A DNA stretch of 64,000 nucleotides from an uncultured Methanosarcinales archaeon (GTDB lineage: Archaea; Nanobdellota; Nanobdellia; Woesearchaeales; ARS49): NCBI GenBank assembly GCA_964362535.1, contig CAYIEN010000003.1, positions 6,018 through 70,017 on the forward strand. The letters are read 5' to 3'. The position numbers and the translations under genes were made by a program. Positions 57,777-64,000 of the stretch are shown here, piece by piece. A model generated the notes under the pieces. It did no database searches and was not told where the DNA came from. It worked only from the letters and a program-made list of their open reading frames with translations. Positions within the stretch are counted from its first letter, which is position 1. Each line of letters opens with the position of its first letter.

Positions 57777-59591
57777 TTATCTCTTCATGATGTAAAGTTG
57801 CATTGGCACATTTCGAGTATCTCCGCCTTTGTAATCAATAGACTCAATTTTCATGGAGTGCTCTTTGGCCCAACTTTGCATGTGTTGTTCTTGTGCTTGT
57901 TCTGTTTTGAGCATGTGAGTATATCTTTTTTCTGAGAGAGGGCTGACGTTTAACGTCACGCCAATCATTCCCGGCTGCTTCAAATGAGCATACGCAAGTT
58001 CGAGTTCTCGCAATCCTGAAGGAGACAGGTGTCCGAGCCAGTCCAAAAATACCAAGTCAAACTGTTTGTTCGTTTTTTGTAGTGCTTCTTCTGCGCTTGA
58101 AAGTACGAGTTCGAGTCGTGAAAGGCGGCTTTCTTTAAGCAAGGAGTTTACTTTGCGCAGACTCTTGATGCGCGACATAACGTTGTATGCTCGTTCATCA
58201 CGTTCTGGAACAAGCGAGGTTCGTGAATCAATGTTCAATTTTTGTGCGAGAGCAAAATAGCTTCCGAATGTTGGGCCTTCAAGACCGAAATAAGAAATGC
58301 GTTTGTCTTTGAGAAATGAGTGTGCTTGTTCTGCAAAAATGTCTCGGATTTCTTGTTTTTCTCCATTCTTGAACGCATAGTATCCGAGAGGACTTAAGTC
58401 AATACCTTGCGCGCCAAGATGTTGATGAATGACGAACGCATCATACTTTCCTTCCCATCGGCTCTGTCTGTTTGCGCTCGTACCGTTAAAAAGTGTTGGA
58501 GTAACGAACGGTTTGACTGTTGCAAATTCTTTGTCATTCGTAACAAGGTCCATGATTGCCTCAACGTTACCTCCATAAGCACACGTGAGCATTCCCGCAA
58601 GAGTCGTTCCCCAGCGATTAATTGGCTTGCGAAAAAACGATTCTTCCGTTAGTACAGGTAAGATTTTTTTGAATCCAGAAACCATTTTAGGATTTACACC
58701 ATTCTCTTTTCCAAGAACCATGACGAGTGTTTTTGTTGCTTCGCGAGCAATAAGTGTCGGTTTTCCTTTTTTCTGCCACGTGTTTGCTGCTGCTTTAGGA
58801 AAGTCGTATGCTTGGAGGTCGCGGAAGTTTGCAAAGTCAGGATTGTGTGCAATCATGTCGAGAACGGCGTCGCTGGGACTGTTGTGATACGCACTGTGGA
58901 GTGTGCCGCAAAGGTTGGTTTCCCAGCGATTGATAGGTAGTGTGCGGAAGTTTACGGCAGTGAGTTCGGGAAGGATTGTTTTGAAGCCTTCGAGTGTGCG
59001 AACGTCAACGTTTTTGATCTTGCCAAGTTGGTAAATAAATTGTGTGGTTGCTTTTCGTGCAAGGTCTGTTGGTTTTCCTTCGTGACGCCATGCTTTAACG
59101 GGGGCTTTAGGAAAGTCGTAAGAACGTAAGTCGCGAACGTGTTTGAACTCATTGTCGTGCGTGACGAGGTCGAGTATTGCGTCGATGCAGCTTGCGCCGT
59201 ACGCTCTGTTCATCTGTCCAAGAAGCGTCGTACCCCACTTGTTAATGGGTGTATGCATGAACGATTCAGAAGTCAAGAAAGGAAGAACAGCTTTGAACCC
59301 GGCAAAAGTAGTATAATCAACTTTTTGTTCTTGCGCAACACGTTGAACTAGTGTTTTTGTGGCGAGCTGCGCATACGAAAGCCCAGGACGATCGCTCCCT
59401 TTCCAAACATTCTTCGTACCAGGAAAATCAAAAGGCCGCACCTCAATATGTCTTGCTTGCAGCATGCGTGACAATTCTTCCGCTTCATCAAGATGCAACT
59501 GAATGCCTAGAGACTTAACCACCTGCGGCCCCTCAAGAACAACCTGCTCAACAAGCGCGTCAAGACAGACCTCAACATGGCGTTTCGTCAT
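57777..59591 (-). CDS. Protein with three 104-aa repeats (DUF4046-like) and a C-terminal SAM-methyltransferase-like domain
   Basis: DFP at residues 55, 159 and 263, each followed by W..AT..GFK.(V/I)LP.LT..PIN.W.T.L.G..AY; C-terminal YFGLEG, FDLVFLDWLG, LKQPGMIGVTL. Confidence 0.75.
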   Translation of the reverse strand: MTKRHVEVCLDALVEQVVLEGPQVVKSLGIQLHLDEAEELSRMLQARHIEVRPFDFPGTKNVWKGSDRPGLSYAQLATKTLVQRVAQEQKVDYTTFAGFKAVLPFLTSESFMHTPINKWGTTLLGQMNRAYGASCIDAILDLVTHDNEFKHVRDLRSYDFPKAPVKAWRHEGKPTDLARKATTQFIYQLGKIKNVDVRTLEGFKTILPELTAVNFRTLPINRWETNLCGTLHSAYHNSPSDAVLDMIAHNPDFANFRDLQAYDFPKAAANTWQKKGKPTLIAREATKTLVMVLGKENGVNPKMVSGFKKILPVLTEESFFRKPINRWGTTLAGMLTCAYGGNVEAIMDLVTNDKEFATVKPFVTPTLFNGTSANRQSRWEGKYDAFVIHQHLGAQGIDLSPLGYYAFKNGEKQEIRDIFAEQAHSFLKDKRISYFGLEGPTFGSYFALAQKLNIDSRTSLVPERDERAYNVMSRIKSLRKVNSLLKESRLSRLELVLSSAEEALQKTNKQFDLVFLDWLGHLSPSGLRELELAYAHLKQPGMIGVTLNVSPLSEKRYTHMLKTEQAQEQHMQSWAKEHSMKIESIDYKGGDTRNVPMQLYIMKR

Positions 59592-59728
59592 TCCGCATCA
59601 CCCAGAATGTCAATGGTGAGCTTTACGACCTTTCCAGGGCCGAGCTCGCGCTGCAAGAGCGCGGGGATGACAATGATTGCCTGCCTTCCATGCTTGGCGA
59701 TTCTTTTGGTGATGGTGTACTGCATCAT
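59588..59728 (-). CDS. 46-aa AbrB/MazE-like DNA-binding protein
   Basis: MMQYTITKRIAKHGRQAIIVIPALLQRELGPGKVVKLTIDILGDAE; ATGA overlap with the next gene; TTTATAAA upstream. Below the ORF-track cutoff. Confidence 0.75.
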   Translation of the reverse strand: MMQYTITKRIAKHGRQAIIVIPALLQRELGPGKVVKLTIDILGDAE

Positions 59729-59822
59729 TGCTGTATGGGCTATACATCACCCTTTATAAAGTTACTCCTCCGAAGTAACAAATAAGCAAAGATTTATAAA
59801 GGTCTCTTGGTTTTTGTCGTCT

Positions 59823-60341
59823 ATGGTCGGTTTTGACAAGAAGGAAAAGGAAGAGTTTGGCGTTCGCCACGCGAAGCCCGGACAATGGTACCAGTACGGC
59901 CAGTATGGTCAAGCTGACGATCTCGGCAGATTCTTGAGAATTGATGAAATGCACGCCTACTTCGACGAAACCATAGCCGAAGTCCATCGCGCTGACGGCA
60001 TGGAATGCATCACTCGCAAAGGAGAAATCGCCGTAAACCTCCAAGCAATCACCGACTTCTTCCCATCAAACCAAGAAGAAATACAACTCTGGCTCGGATA
60101 CCGCAACTGGCACCGACAATACCTCAACGAATTCGTCGCCATCAACATACCACAAATGGAACCAACAGTCGGCAAAGTCGTCAAAGCATACCGCAGCGCA
60201 TTCCACCTCAAACCATTCATCAGCGGAATCAGCACCAGAGAACTCATCGAAAACAAAGAAAAAATAGTCATCTTCAACACACCAGCAAGCATCGAAACCA
60301 TCACCAAAGAACAACTCGAACGATTCATAGCACACATCTGA
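59823..60341 (+). CDS. Hypothetical protein, possibly two small beta-barrel repeats
   Basis: Leaderless ATG after TTTATAAA; the two halves share a similar residue pattern. Confidence 0.65.
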   Translation: MVGFDKKEKEEFGVRHAKPGQWYQYGQYGQADDLGRFLRIDEMHAYFDETIAEVHRADGMECITRKGEIAVNLQAITDFFPSNQEEIQLWLGYRNWHRQYLNEFVAINIPQMEPTVGKVVKAYRSAFHLKPFISGISTRELIENKEKIVIFNTPASIETITKEQLERFIAHI

Positions 60342-60351
60342 GGTAACAATC

Positions 60352-60900
60352 ATGACAAACGAATACCGTATTTACCGATACGACAAATGCACAAAACCAA
60401 GCAAAGGAAAAGAAGTACTCCTAACTGACGCAACAAACCGAGTTATCACTTTTCACAACCTTGTTAGCGATGCCCCTACTGATGTCAAAGCACTTTACGA
60501 AGTTCCCGTTGAAGTAGCAAAAGGAAACGCGCTTCACCACATTCCATCTAGAACTTATCCGCTGGAACCAATGGACATGATTCAGCCAGGACACTACTTC
60601 CGAATCAACTACATCCACACCCCGAACAACTTGACACCGCAAGACTACGGCATACCCAGCGACAACACATCCTTCCGAGTCCATGCAGTCAAAACTATCC
60701 CTGAAAAAGCATTTGAACAGCTTAAACAAGCATGCATCGCAAGCGCCAAGGAATGGTCTGCCCAATACCGCACAAAAACCAAATCGATTAACGCACAAAT
60801 TGCGGCAACAGAAAAACTCCTCAAAACACAAAACGCACAAAAAGACAAAATCGGACAAACCCACAATAAGGAATACCCAACACTCGAAAACCTACTCTAA
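60352..60900 (+). CDS. Hypothetical protein, tandem paralogue 1
   Basis: NEYRIYRYD..SKGK..LTDATNRVITF; GAGGT SD; coiled-coil C-terminus. Confidence 0.8.
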   Translation: MTNEYRIYRYDKCTKPSKGKEVLLTDATNRVITFHNLVSDAPTDVKALYEVPVEVAKGNALHHIPSRTYPLEPMDMIQPGHYFRINYIHTPNNLTPQDYGIPSDNTSFRVHAVKTIPEKAFEQLKQACIASAKEWSAQYRTKTKSINAQIAATEKLLKTQNAQKDKIGQTHNKEYPTLENLL

Positions 60901-60908
60901 AAACGACC

Positions 60909-61463
60909 ATGACAAACAACGAATACCGCCTGTACCAATACGACAACTTTAAAGCAGTAAGCAAGGGCAAGAGTGCCGTACTGACTGATGCTACCAACCG
61001 CATTATCACTTTCGAAATACCAAGACGAGGCATCTTGCCGCTCGTTCAGGTTCTCCACAAAATTCCTACAGAAGTCATGGAACGAAAACTCAGTACTGGA
61101 AGCACAAGAATTCCTTCAGAAGAATACTGTACAGAAATACTGCAGCCCGGAGAATTCTTCCGCATCGGCTACCGCCCATCACTCAGCGAATGCTATGGTG
61201 ACGACGCCTACTCCCGAGTCCACACCGTCAAAAATCTCACTCCCGAAGAACTCAAAACAATCCAACAATCCTACGACTCAAGCCTCAAAAACTGGGAAGA
61301 CCACTACGAACGTCTTACCGAAGCACTCAACGCAAAAATTGAGGAAGCAGAAAAAGTTTTGAAAACTTCCGAAAAAGAACTCAACAAAATAACCACAGCA
61401 CACCGCAAACTCCAACCACAACTCGAAGACGTCCTCAAAGGCATTTGGAAACCATTTAAATAA
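60909..61463 (+). CDS. Hypothetical protein, tandem paralogue 2
   Basis: NEYRLYQYD..SKGK..LTDATNRIITF. Confidence 0.8.
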   Translation: MTNNEYRLYQYDNFKAVSKGKSAVLTDATNRIITFEIPRRGILPLVQVLHKIPTEVMERKLSTGSTRIPSEEYCTEILQPGEFFRIGYRPSLSECYGDDAYSRVHTVKNLTPEELKTIQQSYDSSLKNWEDHYERLTEALNAKIEEAEKVLKTSEKELNKITTAHRKLQPQLEDVLKGIWKPFK

Positions 61464-61472
61464 AAAACTACC

Positions 61473-62765
61473 ATGGCAAACACTCTCCGCGACAAAGTCA
61501 TTGCATTGTACCGCAAGATTGGCGACTACCATTACGCTCCTGTTGATGGCAATGTTAACGGCAAACATTTTTCTACAAATCACGCATTAACAGCATTGAC
61601 CTTTTTGATGAACAAGACGCAATTAGCTCTCGGAGATCCCGGATGGGGTAAAACAACGGGAGCACAAGTCATTTCGAGCTTGTTCTCAGGACTCCCTTTC
61701 GATCTTTATCAAAGACTCATGATGAAGGGTCACCCAGGACAGTACGAAGAAAAATTGGTTGCTCGACCGCACTTCGGAGCCTTGTCTAAAGGTGACGAGC
61801 GAGTCGTGTGGCAAGGATACATCGGCATGGACGCCCTCATCGTTGATGAAATCAAGCACTTGCCCAAAGAAACACAAGCATTACTCTTAGAAGGCATCAG
61901 AACAGGAACGTGGACTTATTTGAACGATTCCATTGTCGAAGGAGAAAAACCCACCTACTTCACCTCTAACGATTGGGGCGAGGCTAACGGCGAAATCATG
62001 GAAGCACTCGCAGACCGAATCGCCGTAGTCATCGAAGAAAAAGCACTCCCTCCTCAACTTGATTTTGAATTAGCGGATGAAAGAGTCAAGAAAGACCTCT
62101 CGCGACCTGATGAAGCACAGCAATGCATTGATGAACTCGCAAAAAACAACTTCCAAGGCTTCAAAACCACTCTTGATTCAGTACGCAAAACTGGTTTGGC
62201 AAAAAATGACGCCGAAAAAGTCCGCACCGAAATCAAAAGCATGAAGCAGACATCCAACGACACCCACTACTTCCTGTGGGGATTGGCTTCAGAAATTAAC
62301 TTCTCTGAACAATACGGAGTCAAACGCGCACGAGACGCCGTCAGCGACCACACACATGACAAAAAGTATGCGGGAGTCAAGATGGCACGAAGCATGAGCC
62401 CACGACCCTTAATGGCAGCATGGCAGTACGCCCAAGGATTAGCTTGGCTTCTCGGAGACAAAACCGTCGACGTCAGCCACCTACAAACAATCATCCCTCA
62501 CGTACTCGCTCACCGTTCTAAATTCTCTAACGACTTCAAAAACTCGCATACTGGTGACGTTCGCAAAGATTATCAAGAACTACACCTTGCAAAAACACTC
62601 GTGAAGGAATACTTCGAAGGAACCTACACCAATTCTGTACTCAAAGTAAAGTCGGCAATCGAGGCTATCCAAAAAGGCCAGAAAATCAACGCAAAAGGCG
62701 CTGACCACCCGCTCGTACGGCAACTGGACTACTGGAACCAGAACATGCCGCAGAGCAACATTTGA
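61473..62765 (+). CDS. MoxR-like AAA+ ATPase
   Basis: Walker A GDPGWGKT, Walker B LIVDE, FTSN sensor 1, ALADRI Arg finger, MSPR sensor 2, PHVLAHR. Confidence 0.88.
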   Translation: MANTLRDKVIALYRKIGDYHYAPVDGNVNGKHFSTNHALTALTFLMNKTQLALGDPGWGKTTGAQVISSLFSGLPFDLYQRLMMKGHPGQYEEKLVARPHFGALSKGDERVVWQGYIGMDALIVDEIKHLPKETQALLLEGIRTGTWTYLNDSIVEGEKPTYFTSNDWGEANGEIMEALADRIAVVIEEKALPPQLDFELADERVKKDLSRPDEAQQCIDELAKNNFQGFKTTLDSVRKTGLAKNDAEKVRTEIKSMKQTSNDTHYFLWGLASEINFSEQYGVKRARDAVSDHTHDKKYAGVKMARSMSPRPLMAAWQYAQGLAWLLGDKTVDVSHLQTIIPHVLAHRSKFSNDFKNSHTGDVRKDYQELHLAKTLVKEYFEGTYTNSVLKVKSAIEAIQKGQKINAKGADHPLVRQLDYWNQNMPQSNI

Positions 62766-63478
62766 AACTAGCCGACTTAGTGGGAAATCTGTCTCCTGAA
62801 GAAAAATTCGAAAAGAACACGTTCGTTCCTGACAAAAACAGCCTTCAAAAGATCATAGATATTTATGACAAAAGCATTCAGTTGTCGTTCACTAATGATG
62901 ATGCACGAGTACAGCACGTAACGCGTGAACTTTCTACTGTGGAAGACTTACCACACGAATACTTACAATTAATCTCCGAACGCATTCCTGAACCGAGAGA
63001 TCATCGAATAAGTGATTTTCTTGGAGCTGTTTGCAAAAAGCTTATTGGAAATCCTACACTTATTCTTCATGAATTAAGATGGCGCTTCGGAGACAAACTT
63101 GATATCGGCGACAGAATCGTTACCGTTATTGGAAACGTTTCAGTTCTAGGTTCATGCATGCAATCAGGAACAATTCATTTGAAAGGATATGTGAACAGCG
63201 CAGGAACAGGAATGTATGGCGGGAAATTACTCGTTGAAGACACCTCATTTCAAACGGGACCTGGAATGCGAGGTGGTCACATTTACGTTAAAGGAGATAG
63301 CCATCACGTAGCCTGGGAAGCAACAGGAGGAACAATAACCTGCTATGGCGAAGCAACCGGACATTTAGGATACAAATCACACTCAGGCTGCACAATACAC
63401 CTTCAAGGAAACCAAATACCACTTATTGATAACGAGTGCAAAGCAACAATCTATCACCGAGGAAGGAAACTTCAATGA
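62762..63478 (+). CDS. GXGXG beta-helix protein (GltB/FwdC C-terminal-like), paralogue 1
   Basis: Repeated G..M.GG.I.V.G units; TTG start overlapping the ATPase stop. Confidence 0.82.
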   Translation: MKLADLVGNLSPEEKFEKNTFVPDKNSLQKIIDIYDKSIQLSFTNDDARVQHVTRELSTVEDLPHEYLQLISERIPEPRDHRISDFLGAVCKKLIGNPTLILHELRWRFGDKLDIGDRIVTVIGNVSVLGSCMQSGTIHLKGYVNSAGTGMYGGKLLVEDTSFQTGPGMRGGHIYVKGDSHHVAWEATGGTITCYGEATGHLGYKSHSGCTIHLQGNQIPLIDNECKATIYHRGRKLQ

Positions 63479-64000
63479 AACTCGCAGACCTCGTAGGACA
63501 ACTCCGGTCGGAAGAACGTGTTGAGATGCGGGAAGTTCCGCGAATACCTTGCACATTTGACAACATTATGCAAGCATATTTGGAAAGCCGCAATATATAT
63601 GAACACGCATCTAATTCGTGGCAGCGTGACCTGCAAGGGGGATATATTCGTGAAGCTTTAGGAAAAATCGATGATGTTGAAGGTCAGTACTGGCAGCTTT
63701 TTTACGATCAAATTACCGCAAAAAAAATGAGAGGTCGTGAAGAACTTTTCTTTGATAGATTTATAGACGAACTTTGTCGGCATGTCTCCGATAAATCAGT
63801 AATTCATCTTAAAAAAGACACATACAACTTTGGAACAGGAATATCAACGGGAAAGACGATTACTATTACTGGAAATGTCGTTAATCTCTGCACTCGAATG
63901 CAATCAGGAACTATTCATTTTAATGGGAATGTTCAGGATGCCGGACGGTCAATGTTGGGCGGCAACCTCAAGGTCCAAAGCAAAAACACTCTTATGAGTT
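63475..64000 (+). CDS. GXGXG beta-helix protein, paralogue 2, truncated by the window edge
   Basis: Read by hand: MKLADLVGQLRSEE...ITITGNVVNLCTRMQSGTIHFNGNVQDAGRSMLGG; ATGA overlap; open to the window end. Confidence 0.82.
   Translation, partial: MKLADLVGQLRSEERVEMREVPRIPCTFDNIMQAYLESRNIYEHASNSWQRDLQGGYIREALGKIDDVEGQYWQLFYDQITAKKMRGREELFFDRFIDELCRHVSDKSVIHLKKDTYNFGTGISTGKTITITGNVVNLCTRMQSGTIHFNGNVQDAGRSMLGGNLKVQSKNTLMS

Noticed and set aside
1..64000. CRISPR array, cas genes, rRNA, integrase, transposase
   Set aside because: No regularly spaced repeats or diagnostic motifs were seen.
60352..64000. Diversity-generating retroelement as the source of the paralogue variation
   Set aside because: No reverse transcriptase, and no near-identical repeat pair differing only at adenines, was seen in this window.
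62762..64000. Formylmethanofuran dehydrogenase or glutamate synthase genes
   Set aside because: Only the GXGXG beta-helix is present; there are no catalytic subunits nearby.

Overview
Chromosomal fragment of an archaeon. Split rpoA and rpoB, eL30/eS28/eL24/L7Ae, aEF-1a, aEF-2 and TATA promoters with leaderless genes are all visible. A DPANN (Woesearchaeota-like) origin is my inference from the divergent core proteins and gene content. Bases 1-47,000 are mostly core genes on the minus strand: a complete SUF Fe-S operon with its own regulator, tuf-rpsJ, the L7Ae-S28e-L24e-ndk-EF2 operon, the RNA polymerase/nusA/S12/S7 cluster and three tRNAs (Lys, Asp, intron-containing Tyr). These are interspersed with two VapBC pairs, surface proteins, two class A beta-lactamase-like hydrolases and several apparent pseudoenzymes. 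After tRNA-Tyr (47-64 kb) comes an accessory region with no visible integrase. It encodes a phage-type thymine-hypermodification-family protein near a nucleoside deoxyribosyltransferase-like gene, a DUF6624-SET fusion, a protein with three 104-aa repeats fused to a methyltransferase-like domain, and a MoxR-type AAA ATPase flanked by tandem paralogues that runs off the window edge. Non-coding highlights are candidate kink-turns in the L7Ae leader and the tRNA-Tyr intron, and a small palindromic insert flanked by a duplicated tRNA-Lys 3' end. All family assignments come from motifs recognised by eye; no database search was run. No CRISPR array, rRNA, transposase or reverse transcriptase was found.
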